Assembly (NCBI GenBank): GCA_028716385.1
Contig: JAQUPX010000001.1
Location: forward strand, 827,674 to 891,673
Direction of reading: 5' to 3'
Length of the DNA stretch: 64,000 nucleotides
Source: a bacterium
GTDB lineage: Bacteria; Hydrothermota; UBA3073; JACQXS01; JAQTXJ01
In this document: positions 40,239-49,897 of the stretch, piece after piece
Numbering within the stretch: the stretch's first letter is position 1
Layout of the letters: every line of letters begins with the position of its first letter
Position numbers and translations under genes: made by a program
Notes under the pieces: generated by a model
Database searches by the model: none
What the model saw: the letters and a program-made list of their open reading frames with translations, nothing else
Told to the model about the DNA's origin: nothing

Positions 40239-43200
40239 ATGCTTTTAAAAACACAACTTATCCCACCGGGATTAAAAAAGAACATGCTAAAACGCGAGAG
40301 ATTGTTAAAAACATTACAGCAAAATTCGGATAAGAAACTTCTTGTAATAACAGCCGGCGCAGGATACGGAAAAACAACCCTGCTCATCCAATTCATAAAC
40401 GAACTTGATGCGCCTTTTATCTTTTATAAAATAGGGGAAAACGACGACAGCTTAATTACGTTTATTTCATACCTTATTGAAGGAATCCGGGAAATATATA
40501 AAAAATTCGGCTTGCGAATCCAAAGCATAATCGAAAGATTTACCTCCTCGAATATTAATAGGGAAATACTAATGGGGACTTTTGTAAATGAATTGGTGGA
40601 TGCTGCAAAAAGCCAAACGTCACAAAATAGTCGCCGAATAGGTAAAAATTTATTTATAATACTGGAAGATTATCACTCTGTGGATAAGACGGAAATGATA
40701 AATAAGGCAATGGATTACCTGATACAACATTCGCCACCCAACATCCATTTCATAATCTCCTCAAGGAATACGATGCCGTTTTCTACAGTTAAACTTAAGG
40801 CAAAAGCCGATATTTTCGAACTTGGAAGAGAGGAGTTAAAATTTACAAGCACCGAAACACGGAAGCTTTTCGGGGAAACTTACGGATTAAATATTCCCGC
40901 TTCACAGCTAAGGGAAATAGAGGATTCTTCGGTAGGATGGGTAACGTCGTTGCAACTTATGTCATACCTGTTTGCAAAGGATCCCAAAAACGCGGCGAAA
41001 AAAATAAAACATGGCAAAGATACTATGGATTATTTTGCAAATGAAGTCTTTCTGCAGCAATCCGAAAAAATACAATCCTTCCTCGTACGGTCATCAATTC
41101 TCGAAAATATGACACCCAAATCCTGCAATTCCATTCTCAAAATAAAAGATTCATCCGGAATATTGGAAGGACTGACAAACAAAAATTTATTCATCTCCTG
41201 TGTTGACGAACAGAAACAAATTTTCTGCTATCACCAGCTTTTCCGTGATTTCCTTTTAAACAGATTATTCGAGATAGAAAATGAAAAAAACATCAAAGAC
41301 CTTCATTTAAGAGCAGGAGATTATTTTAACTACGTAAAAGATTACAACGATGCCATACAACATTACCTTTCGGCAAAATGCATAGACAAAGCAGTTAAAA
41401 TTATCGAGATAGAGGGAAATAATTTAATTGATACGGAAAAAATCGAGGTTCTTAAAAAATGGGTTGAAGCCCTTCCGGACAGTATAATTAATAAAAGCCC
41501 AACTTTACTTTTATATCGGGCGAAAATACTTCTTCAGCAGGGAAAATGGGATGAGGCGGGGAAAGCCTACGAGGCATCGAGAAAAAAATTCCTGAGAATA
41601 GGGGGAAAAGAAAAAGCCGCCATGGCAATACTGGGAACAGCTTTTTTAGTAGCTAATAGGGGAGACCTTAAAAAAGGAAAATCATTATTGACAAAAGCGC
41701 TTAAGATGAGTGGTAAACATCCAACCTTTATAAGAATGAAAATGTTGGATATGTTTGGTAGCTTTTGTTTCGACACAAGCGACTATCAAAAAATGTTTTC
41801 GGCATTTAACGAAGCTCTGGAAATAGCAAAAAAACTCAAAAAACATGGCGATGAAATAAGGATTATATACAGAATACTTTATGCAAAGGCTATTATCGGG
41901 GATTCCCAGGACGGCGATAGATTTATTCAAGAAACCCGCCAACGTATAAAAGAATCGCAAATTTCTGAATACAGCCAGATTTGGATTTTTATCCGCCTTG
42001 CCGGTATACTTGATTTAAGAGGTGAATTCAAACAATCAAAAGATTCTCTCAGAAGAGCAATTAAGCTTGGAATATTTTTTCATAGCAAGCAATCAATGAT
42101 TCACAGTTTATTGGAAATGGGACGTCTTTATCTTATGATGGGGAATTATAAAATTTCACGATTGCTGTGCGAGAGAACATTGAAACTAAATGATGAAAGC
42201 AAAGAAGAATGGGCAACCACGCAGGCGCTAAACCTTATAAGTATGGGATACCTTTTTGAAAATAATTCCACAAAAGCGGAAGAATATATAAATAAAACCG
42301 AAGGACAGGGATTCTTTTTAATCACAAAAGCAAATATAAAAATTGAAACAGGTGCTCTGAAAGAGGCGGAAAATATCCTTAATAAATGTCTACCGGGAAT
42401 CGTAAAATCGTGCGATAAATACGACCTTACGCTTATCTATGCGGCATTGGCAAAATTGTATTACAAAAAGCAGGAAGAAAAATTGTTTTCAAAATACCTT
42501 AGAAAAGCTCTAGAGGTGTCGAGAGAAAGCAATTATTCTTTTGTTTTGACAAGATTGGGAAGAATAGATTCTTCACTGCTCCAATTTGCGGTCAAAGAAG
42601 GTATTGAGTTACATTATGCCGAAACTTTGCTCAAACAGATTTATTTCCGGTACGATTTGGTAATAAATTTCTTCGGGGGATTAAAAATAAGCAGGGGCGA
42701 TGGAAAGACGGAAGATATAAAATGGAGAACACGAAAAGCAAAGTCGCTGTTCTGTTATCTTCTGGCAAACAGACAGGAATCTTTTTCTCCGGACCAACTA
42801 ATTGAACTCTTCTGGCCTGAAGAAAAAATTTCTAAAGGAAGGAGTAATTTACATTATACTGTGTCCCGTATCCGTGATACAATCGATTCTCTTGCAGAGA
42901 AAAGTGTTCCGGTTATTGACTATAAAAACGGATGTTACGAAATTAACTCTCAATACAAATTTCAACTTGATTTCGAAGAGTTTGATAAATTAATAAAAGA
43001 AATACATGAACTGAAAGAAACAGAAAAAGAACAAATCGCAACACCTAAATACGAGTCAATGGTTGGGCTTTATAATGGAGACTTTCTCCCCGAGATGTAC
43101 GAGATTTGGAGCGAGGAAGAAAGACAATACTATAAAGAACAATACCTTACGGCTCTGGAAAAATTGGCTTCTTATTGCTTAAAAAAACGGGATTTTGAAA

Positions 43201-43421
43201 AGACATTGGAATATTCCGAAAAGATAATTGCTGCCGATGAATTTAATGAACCTGCATATTTTATGGCTATGCGAGCTTATTCCGCGCTCGGAAAACGAAA
43301 AGAAGCTTCTATTCTTTATAATAAGCTGGAGAAAATATTAAAACAAGAATTGAACATTGAACCCTCTGCAGAGACAAAAGCGCTTTTCCATAAGCTGATT
43401 GAAAATAAAAAAGAATATTAA
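40239..43421 (+). CDS. MalT-like STAND NTPase fused to C-terminal OmpR-type winged helix plus BTAD (SARP-like) domain: transcriptional regulator
   Basis: 1060 aa. N-terminus collinear with MalT (KRERLLKTL...LLVITAGAGYGKTTLLIQF, IILEDYHSV, SRNTMPF..., SVGWVTSLQLM). Central TPR-like helical repeats. C-terminal ...KSLFCYLLANRQESFSPDQLIELFWPE...SNLHYTVSRIR... (wHTH), then a BTAD-like ...EQYLTALEKLASYCLKKRDFEKTLEYSEKIIAADEFNEPAYFMAMRAYSALGKRKEASILYNKLEKILKQELNIEPS... Confidence 0.7.
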   Translation: MLLKTQLIPPGLKKNMLKRERLLKTLQQNSDKKLLVITAGAGYGKTTLLIQFINELDAPFIFYKIGENDDSLITFISYLIEGIREIYKKFGLRIQSIIERFTSSNINREILMGTFVNELVDAAKSQTSQNSRRIGKNLFIILEDYHSVDKTEMINKAMDYLIQHSPPNIHFIISSRNTMPFSTVKLKAKADIFELGREELKFTSTETRKLFGETYGLNIPASQLREIEDSSVGWVTSLQLMSYLFAKDPKNAAKKIKHGKDTMDYFANEVFLQQSEKIQSFLVRSSILENMTPKSCNSILKIKDSSGILEGLTNKNLFISCVDEQKQIFCYHQLFRDFLLNRLFEIENEKNIKDLHLRAGDYFNYVKDYNDAIQHYLSAKCIDKAVKIIEIEGNNLIDTEKIEVLKKWVEALPDSIINKSPTLLLYRAKILLQQGKWDEAGKAYEASRKKFLRIGGKEKAAMAILGTAFLVANRGDLKKGKSLLTKALKMSGKHPTFIRMKMLDMFGSFCFDTSDYQKMFSAFNEALEIAKKLKKHGDEIRIIYRILYAKAIIGDSQDGDRFIQETRQRIKESQISEYSQIWIFIRLAGILDLRGEFKQSKDSLRRAIKLGIFFHSKQSMIHSLLEMGRLYLMMGNYKISRLLCERTLKLNDESKEEWATTQALNLISMGYLFENNSTKAEEYINKTEGQGFFLITKANIKIETGALKEAENILNKCLPGIVKSCDKYDLTLIYAALAKLYYKKQEEKLFSKYLRKALEVSRESNYSFVLTRLGRIDSSLLQFAVKEGIELHYAETLLKQIYFRYDLVINFFGGLKISRGDGKTEDIKWRTRKAKSLFCYLLANRQESFSPDQLIELFWPEEKISKGRSNLHYTVSRIRDTIDSLAEKSVPVIDYKNGCYEINSQYKFQLDFEEFDKLIKEIHELKETEKEQIATPKYESMVGLYNGDFLPEMYEIWSEEERQYYKEQYLTALEKLASYCLKKRDFEKTLEYSEKIIAADEFNEPAYFMAMRAYSALGKRKEASILYNKLEKILKQELNIEPSAETKALFHKLIENKKEY

Positions 43422-43587
43422 TAGAAAATTTCTTCCCTCGCTTTTTTTATCTTAACCTCACAGCATTTTAATCGGAAAATTCAAAAAGTTTTTCCTTCTT
43501 TACGCGTTACCATAAGCGTTTACACGAATTTGCACAGGATTTGCACAGGAAATAACGTATAATACTACTGTAAATAAAGGAGGAAAG

Positions 43588-46281
43588 ATGAAATATAAAC
43601 TTACATTAATTGCTTTTGTGTTATCAGTAACTGCAGTCTACGGAAGCAGATGGAGCTATACAAACGACCTGATTATTGGAAACTCAGGATTTGAATGTGT
43701 CGGGTTACCCGACGGAAGAGTAATGATTATGGGTGGATTAAACGAAAGCGGTTATTACCAAACATACAGCCCTTCAACAGGAAAATGGATACGAACGGTC
43801 CTACCTGCAAGTTCCAGTCATGACCTGGCTATTTTACTTTATAATGGGAAAGTTCTATATTTGGATGGAAATGATTTTTGGTTTTTCCAGCCGGATAGCA
43901 ATAATTGGCGCAGCGCGGGCGTAAGTCTCGCAAGCTGGAGCAGTTGGAATTGTTATACAATGCTAAAAGATGGCAGGGTGCTTATAATATACGATGGACA
44001 AAACTGTCAGCTTTATAACTATCTCTCAAATAAGTTAAGCGCAACCGGTGCAACCAGCATAATACATGGCACGGGAGTAGAAACCCTCTTGCCAAACGGA
44101 AAAGTTCTTATGGCAGGCGGATGGTCTGTAGGAACTAAAACATGCGAACTATATGACCCGGCGTTGGGATTATGGAGTCTAACGGATTCTATGACAGTCA
44201 AAAGAGCCGCACACGTCGGTGTTCTGTTGCCACCTCCCTGGAATAAAGTATTGATGACCGGAAAAAATACTCCAAGCGACCTGTACGATCTGGCAACAGA
44301 AAAATGGAGTGCAACGGATACTATGGCCGACCCGAACAAAACTATAGAAGCACTGGCATTATTACCCAACGGGAAAGCACTGGTAGCAGGAGGAACAGAT
44401 GTGAGCACTTGTAGAGTTTTTGACCCGGAAACAGAACAATGGACTACGGTTGATAATATGAATACCATAAGAGACCATTTTTCTTTATCCATATTATATA
44501 CGGGAAAAGTATTGGCAATGGGGACTCAAGCAACAGGATTCCCGCCACAATGCGAAATATACGACCCATCAGATGGAATCTGGCAAACAAAGGTGGAGGC
44601 TCTTAATACGGCCCGTCAATATGCTACAACTACAATTTTGCCAATAAAACATACGGCTAACTGTTCGACAAACGTTCTTATAAGCGGTGGTGAAAATACA
44701 GGCGGTACAGCGCTTAGTTCTTGCGAATTGTATAATTATAAAAATGGAATAATAGCAGTTACAGGCTCCCTCAATACTGCCAGAACTCATCATACAACTG
44801 TCTTGCTTGCATCAACAACGGGAGAAGTCCTTGCCGCAGGAGGCAAAAATACGGTTGCTTTAAGTTCCTGTGAAATATTCGACCAGACAACACAAGTGTG
44901 GAATTCAACGGGCGCAATGGCAGCGGCAAGATTTGACCATAGCGCAACGTTACTCGGAGACGGAAGAGTTTTGGTAACGGGAGGAGAAGGAGCAGGTTAT
45001 TTAAATACTTGCGAGGTATTTAACAGTGGAGCATGGTCATCGGCAGGAACAATGACAACGGCAAGAGCAAGACACAATGCGATAATATTACTTAATGGAA
45101 ATATAATGGTAATCGGTGGAGAAACAACGGGAGGCGTACCGACAGCTACCTGTGAAATCTGGAATGGTACAGACTGGACAACGGTACCGGCAGCATCAAT
45201 GTCTACGGCACGAAGTTTACATACGGCAACATTATTACAATCGGGCAAAGTATTGGTAGTCGGAGGAAGAGGAGCAGGCGGAACGGCATTAAACAGTTGT
45301 GAAATATATGACCCGGATCTAAATACGTGGACTGCGGAGACAAATTTGAATACCGCAAGATACGGACATAATACGATTTTTCTTTATTCGGGGATTGTGT
45401 TAGTTACTGGTGGAACGGATGGGACGAATTATTTTGCATCATCCGAATTATGGGACCCGGCAGCAGAGTTGGACAGGGCAACGGGAAAACACGGTTGGAA
45501 AGTATCTGCTAATCTAGGAACGGGAAGAGCATATCATTCGTCAATTCTTGTGCCGTACCTGAAACCTTATGTTTATACAATAGGTGGATCTAACGGAGGA
45601 GGGGCGCTAAGTTCTGTTGAGCAATATGATATAGGGCTTGGTTACCAGAGTATATGGCAGTCAACAATAACAAATTATAAATCGGTTACACAAATATCGT
45701 CTACTATGAATATGTCAGGAACGCTATTACGCGGAGTATCCGAAGCAGACGGAGGAAACTACTGTCATGTCGCATCTAATGACCATCCGATTATATCGCT
45801 TGTACGCGCAGGAGGAGGAAACTGGCAGGGAAACGGCGGAGGAGAAATAATGCTTATGCCGCATAGTACATCCTGGGACAGCGCACATACAAATGTCGTA
45901 GGATTACCAACGGTATCGGGATATTACAGGTTATGGTCAATAGTAAACGGGATTCCCTGTAAATGGGATTGGAACTGCAATGCAGGAAAAGAAGAAACTC
46001 AAAACTCAAACATCAAAACTCAAAATGCAAAATTAGGAATATCAAAAAACCCATTTGTTCAGTCAACAATTATTAACTATCAATTGCAAAAGGAAAGCAA
46101 TGTCTTACTAATTGTCTGTGATATCACAGGCAGAACAGTGAAAACTCTTGTCAACGAAGAAAAACCGGCAGGTAGTTATAATCTTGACTTTAATGCAAAA
46201 GGGTTGTCAACAGGTATATACTTTGCGAAGTTCTCCGCTGGTAAATATAATGAGACGAAAAAGTTAATTTTAATGAAATAA
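43588..46281 (+). CDS. secreted Kelch-repeat beta-propeller protein with T9SS C-terminal sorting domain (paralog of 19968..22772)
   Basis: 897 aa. Long blocks near-identical to the first paralog (e.g. GLGYQSIWQSTITNY...SEADGGNYCHVASNDHPI...GGGNWQGNGGGE...YYRLWSIVNGIPCKW). C-terminal ...IVCDITGRTVKTL...GIYFAKFSAG.... Confidence 0.7.
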   Translation: MKYKLTLIAFVLSVTAVYGSRWSYTNDLIIGNSGFECVGLPDGRVMIMGGLNESGYYQTYSPSTGKWIRTVLPASSSHDLAILLYNGKVLYLDGNDFWFFQPDSNNWRSAGVSLASWSSWNCYTMLKDGRVLIIYDGQNCQLYNYLSNKLSATGATSIIHGTGVETLLPNGKVLMAGGWSVGTKTCELYDPALGLWSLTDSMTVKRAAHVGVLLPPPWNKVLMTGKNTPSDLYDLATEKWSATDTMADPNKTIEALALLPNGKALVAGGTDVSTCRVFDPETEQWTTVDNMNTIRDHFSLSILYTGKVLAMGTQATGFPPQCEIYDPSDGIWQTKVEALNTARQYATTTILPIKHTANCSTNVLISGGENTGGTALSSCELYNYKNGIIAVTGSLNTARTHHTTVLLASTTGEVLAAGGKNTVALSSCEIFDQTTQVWNSTGAMAAARFDHSATLLGDGRVLVTGGEGAGYLNTCEVFNSGAWSSAGTMTTARARHNAIILLNGNIMVIGGETTGGVPTATCEIWNGTDWTTVPAASMSTARSLHTATLLQSGKVLVVGGRGAGGTALNSCEIYDPDLNTWTAETNLNTARYGHNTIFLYSGIVLVTGGTDGTNYFASSELWDPAAELDRATGKHGWKVSANLGTGRAYHSSILVPYLKPYVYTIGGSNGGGALSSVEQYDIGLGYQSIWQSTITNYKSVTQISSTMNMSGTLLRGVSEADGGNYCHVASNDHPIISLVRAGGGNWQGNGGGEIMLMPHSTSWDSAHTNVVGLPTVSGYYRLWSIVNGIPCKWDWNCNAGKEETQNSNIKTQNAKLGISKNPFVQSTIINYQLQKESNVLLIVCDITGRTVKTLVNEEKPAGSYNLDFNAKGLSTGIYFAKFSAGKYNETKKLILMK

Positions 46282-46302
46282 ATAAGACAGATATTTTTGA
46301 GA

Positions 46303-46349
46303 AGAAGCCCTTCTGTTAAAAACAGAAGGGCTTCTTTATTTGTTTTTCT
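46303..46349 (+). terminator. rho-independent terminator after Kelch paralog 2
   Basis: AGAAGCCCTTCTGTT-aaa-AACAGAAGGGCTTCT followed by TTATTTGTTTTT. Confidence 0.55.
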
Positions 46350-46391
46350 TAAAAATTAAAGAAGGAATATAGACAAAGAAAAGTTTGAATT

Positions 46392-46476
46392 TGGTGCTGG
46401 GGAGGGGATTTGAACCCCTACGCCGCGAGGCGCTAGCCCCTCAAGCTAGTGCGTCTGCCAATTCCGCCACCCCAGC
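46392..46476 (-). tRNA. tRNA-Leu (anticodon GAG), CCA encoded
   Basis: Minus strand GCUGGGGUGGCGGAAUUGGCAGACGCACUAGCUUGAGGGGCUAGCGCCUCGCGGCGUAGGGGUUCAAAUCCCCUCCCCAGCACCA. 7-bp acceptor stem. Anticodon stem CUAGC/GCUAG with loop UUGAGGG. Long variable arm. T-loop UUCAAAU. Confidence 0.85.
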
Positions 46477-46532
46477 AATAATTTTGAAAAACTATACTTT
46501 TTCTGGAGAAATGTCAAGTAAAATAGTAGAAC

Positions 46533-47666
46533 CTAATTCAACCGTAATGCTTCCAATAAAAGATTTGCACTGAAAACAAGGCTGTCTATTTCTATGTATT
46601 CTTCTTTGGTGTGCACTTTTTTCATTCCTGTCCCTACCACTGCAGTCTGTATCCCTGCTTTATTGAATACATTTGCATCCGAACCGCCTCCGCCTTGAAG
46701 TGTAGTAATATTCTTTCCAAGTTTTTTGCCTGCTTTAATTATCTTTTGAACTACGGGTAAGTTTTCAGAAAGTGCAAATTTCGAGTATTCGTTCACGACT
46801 TTTTCTTCTAATCGCGCTATTATCTTCTTGCCTTTTACTGTCTTTTCACTTTCTTCTACTGCTTCCCTGAATTTTTTAAGCATATCTTGAGTTATCTTTT
46901 TTAACTTCTCTTCCGAGTGACTTCTTGCTTCCCCTGCTATTTCGGTATATCCCGGGATAATATTTGTTGCCACTCCTCCGTATATTTTTCCTATGTTTGA
47001 AGTGCTTATTTTATCTATTCTTCCGAGTTTAAGGCTTGCAATTGCTTTTGATGCAACTTCTATTGCGGATATTCCCAGTTCCGGCGCAGCGCCTGCATGT
47101 GATTCTACTCCAAAAATTTTTAGATAAATTCTGTTATGTGAAGGAGCCGCTGTCGTTATGTTTTCTATTTCTCCCGTATCAAGCGAATATCCATACTTTG
47201 CCTTTATTTTTGAGAAGTCCACAGTTTTTGCTCCGAATAAACCTATCTCTTCGCATATGGTAAAAACTATTTCAATAGGTGGATGAGGAATCTTTTGTTC
47301 TTTGAAGATTTTTATAATTTCAAGTATGATTGCAACACCGGACTTATCATCTGAGCCAAGAATCGTAGTCCCATCGCTCTTTATAATTCCATTACTTATT
47401 ATTGGTGTTATATTGAAATCTTCGCCAACCGTATCAAGATGTGCGTTAAGTAAAACGGGAGCTACTCCTTTTTTCCCTTCTATTCTTGCGATAACATTTG
47501 AGCCGTTACTGCCGAATTTTTTACCGACAGGACCAAGTTCCGTTTTTGCGCCAAGACGAGTTAATTTCTGGGCTACGACTTTACAAATCTTCCCTTCGGA
47601 TTTTGAGGGACTGCCTATTTTTACGAGTTCTATAAACTCATCTACCAATCTCTTTTTATTAATCAT
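46533..47666 (-). CDS. M20/M42-family metallopeptidase (PepT-like tripeptidase)
   Basis: 377 aa. NAHLDTV (metal-binding His/Asp), GSDDKSG, and EEIGLFGA (catalytic Glu-Glu). Confidence 0.75.
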   Translation of the reverse strand: MINKKRLVDEFIELVKIGSPSKSEGKICKVVAQKLTRLGAKTELGPVGKKFGSNGSNVIARIEGKKGVAPVLLNAHLDTVGEDFNITPIISNGIIKSDGTTILGSDDKSGVAIILEIIKIFKEQKIPHPPIEIVFTICEEIGLFGAKTVDFSKIKAKYGYSLDTGEIENITTAAPSHNRIYLKIFGVESHAGAAPELGISAIEVASKAIASLKLGRIDKISTSNIGKIYGGVATNIIPGYTEIAGEARSHSEEKLKKITQDMLKKFREAVEESEKTVKGKKIIARLEEKVVNEYSKFALSENLPVVQKIIKAGKKLGKNITTLQGGGGSDANVFNKAGIQTAVVGTGMKKVHTKEEYIEIDSLVFSANLLLEALRLN

Positions 47667-48758
47667 TTATTGTAAAGGAATAAAAACGCCTTCTTTTACG
47701 ACCCATAATATATAAGGAGATACGTTTCTATCACCTTTTTCGTCAAATTCAACATCTCCGATTGCTTCACTGTATTTTGTGCTGTGTATAATATCGGCTA
47801 TTTTGTTCTCATCAACACTGCCTGCTTCTTTAATTGCCTTTAATAATATATTTACGGCATCATAAGAATAAGTAGAATACGGGCCTACATCGCCATACCT
47901 TGCAGTATATTTATCAACGAATTGTTTTGCGCAAGGGGATTCCTTTGCCGACGGGCTGAATGTCATATAACTGCCTTCCGTTGCTTTCCCGCCTATTTTT
48001 ATAAATTCAGGGTCAATAACGCCATCTCCGGCTATGAATATTGCTTCCAATCCCATTTCCCGCATTTGTTTTATAAGTAATCCTGCTTCCGGATAGATGC
48101 CACCAAAATATACCACTTCAGGGGATAGTTGTTTTATTTTTGTTACTATTGCAGTATAATCATTTTCTCCCTGCACTAATCCTTCATATGCTACGATTTT
48201 AGACTTGGATTCTACGTTCTTTTTGAATTCATCCGCCAATCCTTGCCCGTAAGTAGTTTTATCATGTAATACGGCGATTCTGGTCTTTCTAAGACTATCT
48301 ATAACGAATTTTGCGCCTATGCTTCCCTGTTGGTCATCTCTCCCGCATATTCTGAATATATTATGAAACCCCTGTTCGGTTAACTTTGGATTCGTTGATG
48401 CCGGGGTTATCTGAATAATCCCTGCTTCATTGTATATCCTTGATGCAGGTATGGAACAGGACGAATTAAAATGTCCGATAACGCCAACTACTCCTTCATT
48501 TACCATTTTGTTTGCTACGGAAACGGCTTCCCTTGGGTCTCTTCTATCGTCACCTCTTACTACTACAATTTTTTTCCCTAAAACCCCACCTTTTTCATTC
48601 CATTCATCTACGGCTAAAGTCACTCCATTTAACAGGTCATAACCTATTTTTGCCTGGTCGCCTGTTAATGGACCCGCAATGCCTATTTTTATAACATCCG
48701 CTTTTTTACAACCCGCAAAAATCACAAACAATACAAGCAACGTGCAAATTTTCTTCAT
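47667..48758 (-). CDS. branched-chain amino acid ABC transporter substrate-binding lipoprotein (LivJ/K-like, type I PBP)
   Basis: 363 aa. Lipobox FAGC. Family-typical IKIGIAGPLTGDQA... start. Confidence 0.8.
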   Translation of the reverse strand: MKKICTLLVLFVIFAGCKKADVIKIGIAGPLTGDQAKIGYDLLNGVTLAVDEWNEKGGVLGKKIVVVRGDDRRDPREAVSVANKMVNEGVVGVIGHFNSSCSIPASRIYNEAGIIQITPASTNPKLTEQGFHNIFRICGRDDQQGSIGAKFVIDSLRKTRIAVLHDKTTYGQGLADEFKKNVESKSKIVAYEGLVQGENDYTAIVTKIKQLSPEVVYFGGIYPEAGLLIKQMREMGLEAIFIAGDGVIDPEFIKIGGKATEGSYMTFSPSAKESPCAKQFVDKYTARYGDVGPYSTYSYDAVNILLKAIKEAGSVDENKIADIIHSTKYSEAIGDVEFDEKGDRNVSPYILWVVKEGVFIPLQ

Positions 48759-48924
48759 AGATATCCCCTTTCAAAAAGTGTCGTTATTTTAATAATAATT
48801 TAATGCTAAGTCAAGATTTTTTATTTTCTATATGTAATATACTACCTTTTTTCTAATTATTAAATAATTAACTATATTATTTCTTGACATTATTTAAATT
48901 ATAAATTAGGTTCATTTATCTTAT

Positions 48925-49431
48925 ATGAAACGAGAAGAAAAAATAGCAGTTATAAAAGAGCTTGGAGAAAAGTTTAGCGCAGCTTCAGCTATATGGCTTA
49001 CGGATTACAATGGCTTGAATGCTTTTAATATAACCAAATTGAGACGGAAACTGCACGATAAGAACCTTGATTATAAAGTAATCAAAAATACTATTCTGGA
49101 ATATGTTTTCAAGGATATTGGTGTAGAAACGCCCGGTGAATGGTTAAAGGGTATGGTTGGCGTATGTTATGGTAAAGATGCTACCACGGGAGCCAAATTA
49201 CTCATAGAATCCCAGGGATTAAAACTTAAGGGCGCATACATTGAAGGAAATTTTTATGGAGCAGATAAAATAAAAGAAATTGCCCGTATCCCTTCCAGAG
49301 AAGTTTTGTTGGCTAAACTATGCGGGACTTTAAAATCCCCGATATCCAATTGTATAAATGTTTTAAATGCGCCTATAAGAGATGTTGTGTACACTATAAA
49401 CGCAGTATCTAATAAGAAAAAAGGAGAATAA
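48925..49431 (+). CDS. rplJ: 50S ribosomal protein L10
   Basis: 168 aa. Begins [13 protein letters not shown]. Immediately followed by rplL. Confidence 0.9.
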   Translation: MKREEKIAVIKELGEKFSAASAIWLTDYNGLNAFNITKLRRKLHDKNLDYKVIKNTILEYVFKDIGVETPGEWLKGMVGVCYGKDATTGAKLLIESQGLKLKGAYIEGNFYGADKIKEIARIPSREVLLAKLCGTLKSPISNCINVLNAPIRDVVYTINAVSNKKKGE

Positions 49432-49432
49432 A

Positions 49433-49822
49433 ATGGCAGAATCAACTACAAAAGATAAGGTAATTGACCTTATTGCTAATATGTCGGTACTCGAGTTATC
49501 TGACCTTGTAAAATCACTTGAAGATAAATTTGGTGTTACCGCAAGCGTTCCAATGATGGCAGCAGCTTCAGCAGCAGCTCCTCAAGAAGGTGCCGCACCT
49601 GCAGAAGCACAATCTGAATTTGACGTTATCTTAAAGACTTTTGGCGATAATAAAATTCGGGTCATTAAAACAGTCAGAGAACTTACAAATCTTGGATTAA
49701 AAGAAGCAAAAGACCTCGTCGATGCCGTTCCTAAAGCTCTTAAAGAAAAAGTTTCTAAAGAAGAAGCCGATTCTATCGTTAAGAAACTTGAGGATTGTGG
49801 CGCTACCTGCGAAATAAAATAA
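49433..49822 (+). CDS. rplL: 50S ribosomal protein L7/L12
   Basis: 129 aa. Ala/Pro-rich hinge [17 protein letters not shown] and a C-terminal domain ...[21 protein letters not shown].... Confidence 0.95.
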   Translation: MAESTTKDKVIDLIANMSVLELSDLVKSLEDKFGVTASVPMMAAASAAAPQEGAAPAEAQSEFDVILKTFGDNKIRVIKTVRELTNLGLKEAKDLVDAVPKALKEKVSKEEADSIVKKLEDCGATCEIK

Positions 49823-49845
49823 GCTTTAAAAAAGATTTATAAAAA

Positions 49846-49890
49846 AAGGGCAAAAAGTTTTCAAAAACTTTTTGCCCTTTTCCTTTTATT
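49846..49890. terminator. bidirectional rho-independent terminator between rplL and the kbl-like gene
   Basis: AAGGGCAAAAAGTTT-tca-AAACTTTTTGCCCTT is a perfect 15-bp stem. T-rich tracts lie on both sides. Confidence 0.6.
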
Positions 49891-49897
49891 CTTATAC

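Noticed and set aside
40239-43421. STAND NTPase as an antiviral Avs-like defence protein
   Set aside because: The C-terminus is a wHTH/BTAD transcription-activation module rather than a nuclease or other effector, and the N-terminus is MalT-collinear. A regulator is the more economical reading.
46385-46573. 62-aa ORF 46385..46573
   Set aside because: It overlaps the tRNA-Leu(GAG) gene (46392..46476) on the opposite strand. It is an artefact.
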